NCBI GenBank assembly: GCA_947599835.1
Contig: CANQFQ010000007.1
Location: 2,972 to 66,971 of the forward strand
Origin: an uncultured Bacilli bacterium
Lineage (GTDB): Bacteria > Bacillota_I > Bacilli_A > RFN20 > CAG-631
Length of the DNA stretch: 64,000 bases
Reading direction: 5' to 3'
The notes under the pieces are model-generated. The model had not been told where the DNA came from, made no database searches, and saw only the letters and a list, made by a program, of their open reading frames with translations. The position numbers and the translations under genes were made by a program. This document shows positions 38,055-48,204 of the stretch, one piece after another; positions within the stretch are counted from its first letter, which is position 1; each line of letters starts with the position of its first letter.

Positions 38055-38582
38055 ATGAAAGTAATTATAGGAGTGATCGTTTTTATTTTTGCAGTCGTTT
38101 CTGGATTGCAAGCAATTGAAAAACAAAGAGCAAAGTTTTATGCGCAACTAAATGAACAAATGGAACAGTTACCCAATGATTTTTTTACTAATGATGAAAT
38201 AGAAAATCTTGAAATAACCATTACAGGCAACGTGAAAACGCCTGGAACTTATTCGATAGAAAGCGGAACTTTTTTGCAAGATGCGCTAAACATGGCCGGT
38301 GGCACATTAGAAAATACAGATTATGATGCGATTAATCTTTATCTTTGCATTCAAAAGAATATAAATATCTATGTGCCTCAAATTGCTGATAACAAAATTT
38401 CGATCAATACAGCTACAATTCAAGATCTTAAAACGTTACCATCGATTGGTTCTATTTTAGCTGAAAGAATTATTCGTTATCGCGAAGATATAACTCACTT
38501 TACTTATCTTGAACAATTAATGGAAGTTTCAGGAATAGGAACAAACATTTTTAATCAAATCAAAGATCGCGTTGTATTATGA
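38055..38582 (+). CDS. comEA: Competence protein ComEA (HhH DNA-binding)
   Basis: INTATIQDLKTLPSIGSILAERII and EQLMEVSGIGTNIF helix-hairpin-helix motifs; N-terminal TM segment. Confidence 0.8.
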   Translation: MKVIIGVIVFIFAVVSGLQAIEKQRAKFYAQLNEQMEQLPNDFFTNDEIENLEITITGNVKTPGTYSIESGTFLQDALNMAGGTLENTDYDAINLYLCIQKNINIYVPQIADNKISINTATIQDLKTLPSIGSILAERIIRYREDITHFTYLEQLMEVSGIGTNIFNQIKDRVVL

Positions 38583-40636
38583 TCAAAGGAATGTTTTTAT
38601 TTTATGTTATTTCAGCTATTTTAGGAATTTTATTTATTAATTCTTTGAATTTCTTTTATTTAGTTTTGTTATTCCTTTCTTTGCTCTTTGTTTACAGAAA
38701 AGTAAGCATACAGCCGATAATTATTATGGTTGTATGCTTTCTCTTTTTTTGTCTATATCGACCCAATACTGAAAAAAATTTACCCTTTTCTTATCAGCAA
38801 TTTGAAGTAAAAGTCAAAAGTTCAAAAGACACCTATAGTATTGTCAATTATAATAAACAATCAATTTTGTTATATACAGATCAAAAATACACCAAAAATG
38901 ATGTCTTATCATTTAATGCCAACTTAATAAAAATTGAAAATAGTTCTTCTTTATATGGATTTGATTTTAAAAAATATTTGCGTCAACAACGAATTTATTA
39001 TCAATTTACAAATGTCGATCAAATCATATTAAAAGCTCACAATCCACCCTTATCTTCAAAGATCATCCAACAATGCACTAAAAATTTAAAACAGTCTACG
39101 TATACGATGGTTTCTATGCTCTTATTTAATAATCATAATGTAGATGATTTAATTTATGAAGATTTAAAAACCATTAACGCTTTACATTTATTTGTTGTTT
39201 CCGGATTTCATATTTTATTTTTAAACCGATTATTTTGTTTTTTATTTCGTTGGTTATTTAAAGATAAAGTGAATTATTTTTCTTTTCTATTTTTAATTTT
39301 TTATTGTTATTTATTAGATTTTTCTGTAAGCGTTTTTCGTGCTGTCTTTTGCTTGATATTTTCTTTTTTTGATAAAAAAGAAAAATTTACTGCGTTAGAT
39401 CGTTTATCTATTAGCGGCTTTGTGTTGTTATTCATTGAACCATTAACTATTTTTTCGTTATCCTTTATTATGAGTTACACGCTCGCCTTTATTTTAATTA
39501 TGTCTAAAAACATATTTTTACAGCACAACAAAATAACAAATCTATTTTTATTATCTTTTATCTGTTTTATGATCATGTTACCTATTCAATTAATCATTAA
39601 TTATAAGATCAATTTTGTTAGTTTCTTTAGCAACATTATATTTAGCTATGTGGTTATTTTCTTATTCATTTTATCGATAATTTCAATGCTTTTTTCTTTT
39701 TTTAAGTTAAATTTATTTCATTCCATTTATCAAACTTTCTTTCAAAGTGTTCATTGGATAAACAATCAATTTCAACCTTTGATTTTTGGTAAACCTTCGA
39801 CTATTTTTATCCTTATATTTTATCTTTTGTTTTTTGGCTTACTCATTGGACTCGAAAAGAAAAAATATAAAAACACCTTATTTTTCCTTTTCTCAATGAT
39901 TGCTTTTACCTTTTTTCTATATCACAAAAACAAATTTATTGGTTACGAACAATTAACCTATCTAGATGTCTATCAAGGAGATTGCGCCGTTATAGAAAGT
40001 AAGTGGGGGAGGGGTGTGATGCTCATTGATACGGGTGGAATTAAAAACTATGATATTGCAAATCAAAAAATTATTCCCTATCTTGAATATCGTGGAATCA
40101 AACAAATTGATTTGATTGTCATTAGTCATAACGATTATGATCATTGCGGAGCATTAGATACTTTAAAGGCAAATTTTAAAGTATTAAAAGTTATCAATGA
40201 TCCTAGTGTTCAAGAAATTCGTTTGGGTTCTTTACATTTTACAAATTTAAATAAATATTATACACAATATGAAGATAGTAACAATCAAAGCATTGTTTTA
40301 TATGGAAAGATTGCAAATGCCACCTGCTTATTTACGGGAGATATTGATTCCCGATTAGAAAAGCAAATCACCCAAGATTATCCTACATTACAAATCGATA
40401 TTTTAAAAGTAGCCCATCATGGCAGTAAAAATTCAACATGCAAAGAGTTTTTAGAAGTTATTCAACCAAAAATAGCTATCATTAGCGTTGGAAAAAATTA
40501 TTATGGTCATCCTACCAAGGAAGTTTTAAATTTATTAAAACAATACCATGCTACAATTTATCGTACCGATCTCAACGGAACCATAAAAATTGCTTATCCT
40601 TATTTTTTTTATTATATCATTACGGCAAAATCATGA
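38579..40636 (+). CDS. comEC: DNA internalization competence protein ComEC/Rec2 (with C-terminal MBL domain)
   Basis: Polytopic competence domain plus C-terminal HNDYDHCGAL ... AHHGSKNS metallo-beta-lactamase motifs. Confidence 0.85.
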   Translation: MIKGMFLFYVISAILGILFINSLNFFYLVLLFLSLLFVYRKVSIQPIIIMVVCFLFFCLYRPNTEKNLPFSYQQFEVKVKSSKDTYSIVNYNKQSILLYTDQKYTKNDVLSFNANLIKIENSSSLYGFDFKKYLRQQRIYYQFTNVDQIILKAHNPPLSSKIIQQCTKNLKQSTYTMVSMLLFNNHNVDDLIYEDLKTINALHLFVVSGFHILFLNRLFCFLFRWLFKDKVNYFSFLFLIFYCYLLDFSVSVFRAVFCLIFSFFDKKEKFTALDRLSISGFVLLFIEPLTIFSLSFIMSYTLAFILIMSKNIFLQHNKITNLFLLSFICFMIMLPIQLIINYKINFVSFFSNIIFSYVVIFLFILSIISMLFSFFKLNLFHSIYQTFFQSVHWINNQFQPLIFGKPSTIFILIFYLLFFGLLIGLEKKKYKNTLFFLFSMIAFTFFLYHKNKFIGYEQLTYLDVYQGDCAVIESKWGRGVMLIDTGGIKNYDIANQKIIPYLEYRGIKQIDLIVISHNDYDHCGALDTLKANFKVLKVINDPSVQEIRLGSLHFTNLNKYYTQYEDSNNQSIVLYGKIANATCLFTGDIDSRLEKQITQDYPTLQIDILKVAHHGSKNSTCKEFLEVIQPKIAIISVGKNYYGHPTKEVLNLLKQYHATIYRTDLNGTIKIAYPYFFYYIITAKS

Positions 40637-40698
40637 TATAATAGTCAAAGAAGGAGAAACGATTTCTTGTAAGAAATCTAGTGTTATAATTAGAAATT

Positions 40699-41655
40699 AT
40701 GATTTATCTTATTCTCAGTGATCAAAGTTTAATTCTAAAATCTACGCTCAATCAAATTATATCTTCTTCAATAGATCATATTGATGATTTTAATTATGCT
40801 TCATTTGACTTTGAAAATAATCCTTTGGAAGAAATTATCGATTTTTTACAAACTCCCGCATTTGCAAGCGATAAAAAGGTTGCTCTCGTTAAAAAGCCTT
40901 ATTTTTTTGTGGATGAAAGAAAAAAGCTTCCTTTTACTAATGATTTAAAATTGCTAGATAAATACTTAAGTCAACCAAATGAAGATGCAGATTTAATTAT
41001 TCTTTGTGAATCTTTATATTATAAACCTAAAAATAAATATTTTACTGCAATAAAGAAGGTCGCAACTGTTAAAAACTTATTCTTTGAAACAGAAGAAGAA
41101 TTACAAGAATATGCTTTAACTTTAATCAATAAATTACACATCGAACTTTCAAAAGAAGCATTAAATACATTACTCGTGCGATGCAAAAATGTCGAAAGTA
41201 TAGAAAAAGAAATTACTAAATTATCCTTATATGGGGGATATATTAATGAAGAGATCGCAAAACAATTAATTCCACAGCCTTTAGAAGACAATGTTTTTGA
41301 ATTATCCAATGCATTAATGAGAAAAGATACACGGCAAGTAATGAAAATCTATAATGATTTAAAATTATTAAAAACCGAACCTATTTTTTTAATTAATCTC
41401 TTAGCCAATCAATTTAGAATTCTTTTGCAAGTTGGCATTTTAAAAAAGGAAAATATGAGTAACGACGAAATAGCTACAACTTTAAATATTCATCCTTATC
41501 GTGTAAAACTTGCTTCAGAAAGTATCAAAAAATATTCTCTCGTTCAAGTAAAAAAATATCTTGTAGATTTAGCTAATTTAGATATTGATATTAAACGCGG
41601 AACGAAAGATCGATATATTGATTTTGAAATTTTTCTTTCTACTACAAATCATTAA
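40699..41655 (+). CDS. holA: DNA polymerase III delta subunit
   Basis: Position after comEC (the comEA-comEC-holA order found in Bacillota); size and helical clamp-loader pattern. Confidence 0.65.
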   Translation: MIYLILSDQSLILKSTLNQIISSSIDHIDDFNYASFDFENNPLEEIIDFLQTPAFASDKKVALVKKPYFFVDERKKLPFTNDLKLLDKYLSQPNEDADLIILCESLYYKPKNKYFTAIKKVATVKNLFFETEEELQEYALTLINKLHIELSKEALNTLLVRCKNVESIEKEITKLSLYGGYINEEIAKQLIPQPLEDNVFELSNALMRKDTRQVMKIYNDLKLLKTEPIFLINLLANQFRILLQVGILKKENMSNDEIATTLNIHPYRVKLASESIKKYSLVQVKKYLVDLANLDIDIKRGTKDRYIDFEIFLSTTNH

Positions 41656-41667
41656 AATTTTAATTTT

Positions 41668-41706
41668 CCTCAAAGACATCAACGGATAAGTTTTTGAGGA
41701 TTTTTA
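41668..41706. terminator. Intrinsic terminator between convergent holA and the ROK kinase gene
   Basis: CCTCAAA ... TTTGAGG stem followed by ATTTTTATT. Confidence 0.45.
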
Positions 41707-42606
41707 TTATTTTAAAAGCGTTGCTGCGCCAACAAGTCCTGCTTTGGCTTTAAATGAAGAAAGCTCTACAACAACATCCTCATATCCTTGTTCTTTTAAC
41801 TTTTCTTTGATTAATTCTATGTGAATTAAACCACTTTCCGTAATTCCACCGGCTAAAATAATATGGCTTGGATCTAAAAGCAAGGCAAGACTTAAAATGC
41901 TTTCTGCAATATCAAGATTCCATTGTTGCACAGCCTTAATAACAATTGGGTGTTGATTATTTGCTAAATCCACCACTCTTAGTCCCCCTAATTCTTTTAA
42001 AGGAACAGGATTTTTGCTATGATAATTCACATCTTTTATTGTTTGTACTAAACCCGCTACACTAGCATAGGTTTCAAAACATCCTTTTCTTCCACAATTA
42101 CATTTTCTAGCTTTATAATTTTTAATTACCATATGGCCAAAATTACCGCCTCGATTATAAGAGCCTGTATAAATTTCGTGATTAATTACCAAAGAGCCGC
42201 CAACCCCTCTACCAAAAACAATAAAAAGGGCGTTTTTAGCATCTTTTAATTTCCCATACTCTAGTTCAGCTAACGTTGCCGCTCTACCATCATTTTCTAT
42301 TTTTATTGTCATTTGAGGAAAGATTTGTTGTAATTGTTTGACTAATTCAAAATTATGCCACTTTAAATTGGCTGCAAAAACAACTACACCATCTTTAATT
42401 TCTCCAGGGCAACCTATGCCCATTTTCGTAATATTATATTGTTGAATCCAATGTTGAAATATTTTATTAAAAAAGGGTACTAATTTTTCTTGATGGCCTT
42501 TCCAAACATTTTTATATGAAGCAAATTCCAAAATTTGATCTTCTTCTACAATTCCTGTTTTAATGCTTGTACCACCAATATCAACCGCCAAAACTTTTTC
42601 TTTCAT
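41707..42606 (-). CDS. ROK-family glucokinase
   Basis: LAVDIGGTSIKTGIV N-terminus and a ROK CxCGxxGCxE zinc motif (CNCGRKGCFE). Confidence 0.8.
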   Translation of the reverse strand: MKEKVLAVDIGGTSIKTGIVEEDQILEFASYKNVWKGHQEKLVPFFNKIFQHWIQQYNITKMGIGCPGEIKDGVVVFAANLKWHNFELVKQLQQIFPQMTIKIENDGRAATLAELEYGKLKDAKNALFIVFGRGVGGSLVINHEIYTGSYNRGGNFGHMVIKNYKARKCNCGRKGCFETYASVAGLVQTIKDVNYHSKNPVPLKELGGLRVVDLANNQHPIVIKAVQQWNLDIAESILSLALLLDPSHIILAGGITESGLIHIELIKEKLKEQGYEDVVVELSSFKAKAGLVGAATLLK

Positions 42607-42723
42607 ACTAAAACGCCCCTTATCTTACAAAAATATTATATCACTAATTCCAGTTTATGTAGTAAAAAAGCATTTATTGCTTTTTAGATTTTCAAAGAGT
42701 ATAATAAGTTCGGAGGTAATAAT

Positions 42724-43572
42724 ATGCAAAAAATTATCATTTCTTGTGATACTACTGCCTGCATTAATCAAAACGAAGCACAAAATTTAGGCATTTATGT
42801 TTTACCACTAAATGTCATCGTAGATAACAAAGAATATCATGATGGGGTTGACATTGACAATGATATGCTTTGTAAAATGATGAAGGGAAAAGCATCGATT
42901 AAAACATCGACTCCTTCACCAGGTGAAATTAAAACCTTTTTTGATCATATCATTGAAAAAGAAAATCCAGATAAGATTATTCACTTTACGATCTCATCAA
43001 AATTAAGCGGAATGTTTGAATTATTTACAAATTTTTGCCAAATGAATTATGAAGATAAAGTCACCATCATTGATTCGTTATCTGTTTGCTCTTTTATGGG
43101 AAATCTTGTTCGATATGCAGTCAAATTAAAAAATGAAAATAATGATGCTGATACCATTATAGACCTCTCTAAAAAAAGAGTAGGCACCGAACTTGTTCGA
43201 TTTGTTCCTGAAACTATGCTTTATTTAAAACGAGGAGGTAGAGTTTCTCCTGCCGTTGCGATGATTGGAAATTTACTAGGAATTAAACCTATTTTAAAAT
43301 TAGGTGTGAATGGTATTGAAAAAGAAGGAACAACAAGAACCTTAAAAAAAGCATATATGGAAATATTAAAAGAATATAGTCAAGTCAAAGACTTAGAAAA
43401 TTACGAAATTCACATTGTTGAATTTGATTCTTTACCTATTTGTAAAGAAATTGAAAAAGCCGCTAAAGAAATCATGCCTAACATGACTATTAAAATAAGT
43501 CCTTTATCGATTAATGTGTGTGCTCATGCCGGTCCCGGAACTTTTGGAATTGGTTTAGTATTAAAAGTTTAA
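42724..43572 (+). CDS. DegV-family fatty-acid-binding protein
   Basis: IIISCDTTACINQNEAQNLGIYVLPLNVIVD N-terminus typical of DegV; GGAGG SD. Confidence 0.85.
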   Translation: MQKIIISCDTTACINQNEAQNLGIYVLPLNVIVDNKEYHDGVDIDNDMLCKMMKGKASIKTSTPSPGEIKTFFDHIIEKENPDKIIHFTISSKLSGMFELFTNFCQMNYEDKVTIIDSLSVCSFMGNLVRYAVKLKNENNDADTIIDLSKKRVGTELVRFVPETMLYLKRGGRVSPAVAMIGNLLGIKPILKLGVNGIEKEGTTRTLKKAYMEILKEYSQVKDLENYEIHIVEFDSLPICKEIEKAAKEIMPNMTIKISPLSINVCAHAGPGTFGIGLVLKV

Positions 43573-43665
43573 TCTACAATGAACTGCGCAGTTTTTGTGC
43601 AGTTTTTATATGCATTTTTTTAGAATGTGCATCGCTCTTGTTAAAAAATTAGAAAAACAAAAAAA

Positions 43666-43696
43666 CTTGTTTTTTTCGTTCAAAACAAGTTTTTTT
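43666..43696. terminator. Bidirectional terminator between degV and the lipoprotein operon
   Basis: CTTGTTTT-TTTCGTTC-AAAACAAG hairpin flanked by A7 and T7 runs. Confidence 0.6.
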
Positions 43697-43719
43697 ATGA
43701 TTAAAATCAATTATTCAAT

Positions 43720-45456
43720 TTATTTTATAACGTTATATTTTCCTTTTCCATAATACATATCAACATTGCCTTGTAAAAAGTTATAGGTTGTTTCGATGTT
43801 TGCATTAATATCTTTTTCCCAGTCACTTAGTTTACTTTTAATATAGGAAGCCCAACCGGTCGTTCCTAATTTAACATCAGGATTATTATAACGATTTTTC
43901 CAACTATCCATGACATCTTTTGTACCACCGGTTTCTGTAGGAATAGAACGTGGAATCGTATTATAGGCATAAACATTTTTAGTAAATTCTTCTTCATAAA
44001 TTCTTAAAACTTCTTCAAATCCTTCTTGTCCCGAAAAAGAACTTGTCATCGTACGATAATATCCCATTTGAACATCATAATCTGTTTGTGTTGCATCAGG
44101 ATCTGTCATTGTTGTTTCATCATAATTTTCTGTTACTGTTTCATTATAAGGATAAACAATATCTCTTCGAATAACTGGCAATGTTTCATAATTACCTGTT
44201 AATACAACTTTTTCTGTATCAGATAATCCATACACCCATTTTGTCGTTGCCATTGCTTTGGCGGCTCTTGTATCAGCGGCTAAAAATAAAGCAAACACTG
44301 CAGCGGCTTCTTCTGCATCTTTATCATTTTGCGTGCATTGTTCTTTTCCATTAACTATTGGACATTGATTACCTACTACTAATCCTTCAGCAATTAAACC
44401 TAAACGATTATCGCCATCTTCATTTAATTTTGGAAATGGATAAAAATCAAATTCGCCTACTCTATTCGCCTTTTCTATTAAATTAGAATATAAAGTAAGA
44501 CAGAATGATCTTGCCATTTCAATGGCATAAATATCATTTTGAGTAAAAACAGTGTTGTAGTTATAGCCTTTAACAACAGAATCATATTCAGGTTTAACAG
44601 AAGCTCCGCTTCCACCAGAATAAGAACAAACAGAATATTGTGCCATTTTTTCTTCTAAATCAATTAATTCTTGTACATCATAAGTATTTAATGTAACTCT
44701 ACGATCGCTACTTAATAATGTTTTATCAATCGTTTCGCTTACGATATCAATCATATCGCTCGATAAAACAGCAGTTCCACCCACTAAATTTTGTGGATTA
44801 TGAACAGCAGGCAATAATACATCAATTAATTCGTGTATCGTCCATTTATCCAATAAATTATCTGTTTCATAAAAAGCTCTTTCTAATAGTGTCTTATTAA
44901 TAAACATTCCTGTTGGATAAATATAAAATGGTACAGCAGTGACAAAATCACCACAAGTAAATAAATCTAAAACAGCTGGATTTATCGCCTTATATAATTT
45001 TAAATAATCGTATTTAGCAATATTTGCATTATAACCTTTATTTAGTCCTTCTTGTGGTGCTGTAGGTAAATGCATTAAATGTGGTAAATGCATATTGTGT
45101 GATTGTTGATATTGCGTCACATAATTATCAAAATCATCGATGTTCGTAATGTTTAAATTTACAGAAATATCTGGGAAAAATTTATTAAATTCTTTCGCAA
45201 CAGCGTGATATCTTTGGATACCACCATCCGTCAAATCTTCTGTACTATAATGTGCATTTCCGATATCTTTGATAGTTGTACCTCCGGCCCCTTGAATGTA
45301 AGCCATAATATCCAAATTTCCGGAATATTTTATTTCTGGTAATAAACCTGCACTATCTTCTATTGGTCCGTGTGTTTTACCTTTACCTCCACAACCCGTT
45401 AATGCTAATAGAGTTGCAAAAAATACAGGTAATAAAGTTTTTTTATTGTGTAACAT
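43720..45456 (-). CDS. Large ABC-type solute-binding lipoprotein (SBP family-1-like), paralog A
   Basis: Lipobox LTGC signal peptide. SBP-like blocks (AVPFYIYPTGMFINKTLLE resembles the YGVP...YNKDL block) and a C-terminal YYGKGKYNVIK. AAGGGGA SD before the ATG at 45456. Confidence 0.55.
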   Translation of the reverse strand: MLHNKKTLLPVFFATLLALTGCGGKGKTHGPIEDSAGLLPEIKYSGNLDIMAYIQGAGGTTIKDIGNAHYSTEDLTDGGIQRYHAVAKEFNKFFPDISVNLNITNIDDFDNYVTQYQQSHNMHLPHLMHLPTAPQEGLNKGYNANIAKYDYLKLYKAINPAVLDLFTCGDFVTAVPFYIYPTGMFINKTLLERAFYETDNLLDKWTIHELIDVLLPAVHNPQNLVGGTAVLSSDMIDIVSETIDKTLLSSDRRVTLNTYDVQELIDLEEKMAQYSVCSYSGGSGASVKPEYDSVVKGYNYNTVFTQNDIYAIEMARSFCLTLYSNLIEKANRVGEFDFYPFPKLNEDGDNRLGLIAEGLVVGNQCPIVNGKEQCTQNDKDAEEAAAVFALFLAADTRAAKAMATTKWVYGLSDTEKVVLTGNYETLPVIRRDIVYPYNETVTENYDETTMTDPDATQTDYDVQMGYYRTMTSSFSGQEGFEEVLRIYEEEFTKNVYAYNTIPRSIPTETGGTKDVMDSWKNRYNNPDVKLGTTGWASYIKSKLSDWEKDINANIETTYNFLQGNVDMYYGKGKYNVIK

Positions 45457-47209
45457 CGTATTTCCCCTTTCCATAGTATTGATCTACCATTTCTTGGAAA
45501 TAAGCATAAACTTGATCAATTCGTGTATTAACTTCCGTTTCCATCGTGCTTAATGCAGCTTTAACGGTTGAAGCCCAAGGCACGCCATTTGTAACGACTA
45601 AACTATTATAAGAATATCTACCATACCAATGTTCCATTACATCTATCACGCCACCAGTTTCACTAGGTAAATTATCTGGAACACCATAATAATTTAAGCG
45701 ATGTCTTCCATTATCTTTGTCATCATAGAAAATTTCAAACATTTTTTTGATGCCTGGTTTCATATTCGAATATTCATATACATCTGGTTCTTCGCCTTCT
45801 TCTTTATACCACCATGTTGAATAGCAATTAAACCATTGTTTTAATTGTTCGTAAAAGATATATTCTTCATCATCTGATTCAAAAGAAAAGCGGAAGTTTT
45901 TCTTGCTCATAGGTAAATCTAACACACCATGCATTAATTCATCGCCAGATTCAAGTGGTAAATACCAATCGACAGTTGCGCGTGCATCAATACTTCTAGG
46001 ATCTGCAGTTAAGAACATTGCAAAATAAGCAGCAGCATCTTGAGCAGCTCTTTCATCAGCTGTACATTGTTCAACACCATTGACAATTGGGCATTGATTT
46101 CCAACAGTTAAACCTTCGGCAATCATACCATCAAAAAGATCTGTGTCTTCATCTGCTCTTGGCCAAGGAAGATAATCAAATTTATCTTCTTTTCCCTTGT
46201 TTGTTGCTAATGTTGAAAGAAGGCCAATATTCCAAGGCATATCTGCATTGAAAACAAATTTATCTTCTTCAATAAAATCTGTGTGACCAGACCAACTAGC
46301 AATATTTGTCATTCCTCCACGAATATTACCACTTGGACATTCATAAGCAGTATACTTAGCAAGTTCTGCTTCTAAATCAATTAAATTTTGAACAAGTGGT
46401 GTATTTAATCTAACTTCACTATTCAATAAATAATTTTGATTAATGCTTGGTACAGCATAACTTATAAAATCTTGAGACATATGTGATAATCCAGCAATTG
46501 AATTTGCAAAATCGGTCGTTCTTTTACAAACATCTACAAAGTTTTCGAACGTCCATTTTGAAAAGTCAACTTCGCCACTGCTATCTATACCCAAAACATC
46601 TTCCTCGTATTGAATATATTTTGTATCTAACAATCCAGTATTTACAAAAACTCCCATTGGGAAAATCATATAAGGAACAGCACCTTGAAATCCACCGAAA
46701 TTAAACTCTGCTAAAATACTAGGATCATAAGATTGATAATATTCAGTGTCTTTATAAGTAGATAAATCCACAGCAAATCCTTGTTGAATAACTTCATTTA
46801 CATGGTCAACACTATGTAAAATGTGTGGATAGTGTCCCTTTTCACTGAAATATTTAATAATTTCATTTCCATAATTATTAATGGAACACCATTGCATATT
46901 GATTTTAATATTTGGTGCTAACTTATTAAATTCCTCTGCAGCAATAATAAATCGTGCTTGTGTTGCATCTTTTAAATCTTCTGTCGTAAATTTCCCGCTT
47001 CCTATATCTTTATATTGACCATCTTGTCCTTCAATATAAACTAAGCAATCAATTTCTCCAGACCAATTTAAAACATTTTCTGGAATTAATTTGAGTTTAT
47101 CTTCTCCCTCTCTTTTGCCATTCTTATTTCCACATCCTGTTAATGTTAAAGCTAATGTAAGCGTTAACATCATGGTCGGCAATAAAATCTTTTTGTGTTT
47201 CATTTTCAT
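45443..47209 (-). CDS. Large ABC-type solute-binding lipoprotein, paralog B (tandem duplicate)
   Basis: Lipobox LTGC. It shares GNQCPIVNG.EQCT, AEGL.VGNQ and C-terminal YYGKGKYDV blocks with paralog A. AAGGAG SD. Confidence 0.55.
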   Translation of the reverse strand: MKMKHKKILLPTMMLTLTLALTLTGCGNKNGKREGEDKLKLIPENVLNWSGEIDCLVYIEGQDGQYKDIGSGKFTTEDLKDATQARFIIAAEEFNKLAPNIKINMQWCSINNYGNEIIKYFSEKGHYPHILHSVDHVNEVIQQGFAVDLSTYKDTEYYQSYDPSILAEFNFGGFQGAVPYMIFPMGVFVNTGLLDTKYIQYEEDVLGIDSSGEVDFSKWTFENFVDVCKRTTDFANSIAGLSHMSQDFISYAVPSINQNYLLNSEVRLNTPLVQNLIDLEAELAKYTAYECPSGNIRGGMTNIASWSGHTDFIEEDKFVFNADMPWNIGLLSTLATNKGKEDKFDYLPWPRADEDTDLFDGMIAEGLTVGNQCPIVNGVEQCTADERAAQDAAAYFAMFLTADPRSIDARATVDWYLPLESGDELMHGVLDLPMSKKNFRFSFESDDEEYIFYEQLKQWFNCYSTWWYKEEGEEPDVYEYSNMKPGIKKMFEIFYDDKDNGRHRLNYYGVPDNLPSETGGVIDVMEHWYGRYSYNSLVVTNGVPWASTVKAALSTMETEVNTRIDQVYAYFQEMVDQYYGKGKYDVTQ

Positions 47210-47304
47210 TTTTATTCGCTCCTTATACGAAATTCTATCTTATTATTATTATATAACCTAATAATAATAATAGCAATCAAAAAAATTTTTTCTCTTTTTA
47301 GTCC

Positions 47305-47329
47305 TTGTTTTTTTACAATATGCTATAAT
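47305..47329 (+). promoter_or_regulatory. Putative promoter (TTGTTT ... TGcTATAAT extended -10) for the U32 pair
   Basis: Extended -10 TGCTATAAT at 47321-47329, 23 nt before the ATG. Confidence 0.4.
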
Positions 47330-47351
47330 TAGAAAAAAGGAAAAAATTAAC

Positions 47352-48203
47352 ATGGAATACATTGCAACAATTTTTGATCTCAACGATATATTTCAATTAA
47401 ATCATGCAAACACAATTCTTGTCGGTCATGATCGTTTTGCTGTTCGTTTAACAAAATCGTTTAATCGTACAGAAATTAAAAAAATCAAAAAAATCTGCGA
47501 TAGTTTAAATAAAAAAGTATATGTTTTAGTCAATAAAATTTTTTATGATGAAGAATTAGAACAACTCAAAAATTACTTGCAATTCTTAAAAAATATCGAT
47601 ATAAACGGCATTTTATTTAGTGATTTTAGTGTCTTTGAAACCGCAAAAGCGTTTCATTTTGAAAATCGTTGTATTTTTTATCATGAAACACTTTTAAGAA
47701 ATATTCAGGATTGTTTATCGTATAAAAAAATTGGCATTTCAAAAATGGTTATGACAAAAGATATGCATTTAAATGAAATTTTAAATTTACCAGAATCTTT
47801 AATCAATCATGTTGGCTTGGTTGTACAAGGCTATTTTCCTATTTACTATACTAAAAGAAAACCTTTAAAAAATCATATCAAAAAATATCATCTAGATCAA
47901 AGCCTTCTTGATAATAAAAATTTATATCTTAAAGAAGCTACTAGAAATGAACTATATCCACTAAAAGAAAATCAAAATGGTATGATTTTATTTTATCATC
48001 AACCCCTCTCATATTATCAATTTATCGACAAAATCAGTAAAAAAATATCTTTTATTATTATTGATGGAATTTTTAGTGATTTCGCTACAGTTAAAAAATG
48101 GCTTGACGCCTATTATCATAAAATTGAAAATAATCAAGATATTCATGAAAATTTTGATTCTTTTTCAACCGCTTTTTTATTGAAAAAAGTAGGAGTAAAA
48201 TAA
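47352..48203 (+). CDS. Peptidase U32 family protein, short paralog (YrrN/TrhP-like)
   Basis: Weak similarity to the U32 N-terminus (NTILVGHDRFAVRLTKSFN against GADAVF.GG..FSLRAKANNF). Tightly coupled (1-nt gap) to the canonical U32 gene, mirroring the Bacillus yrrN-yrrO pair. Confidence 0.5.
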   Translation: MEYIATIFDLNDIFQLNHANTILVGHDRFAVRLTKSFNRTEIKKIKKICDSLNKKVYVLVNKIFYDEELEQLKNYLQFLKNIDINGILFSDFSVFETAKAFHFENRCIFYHETLLRNIQDCLSYKKIGISKMVMTKDMHLNEILNLPESLINHVGLVVQGYFPIYYTKRKPLKNHIKKYHLDQSLLDNKNLYLKEATRNELYPLKENQNGMILFYHQPLSYYQFIDKISKKISFIIIDGIFSDFATVKKWLDAYYHKIENNQDIHENFDSFSTAFLLKKVGVK

Positions 48204-48204
48204 A

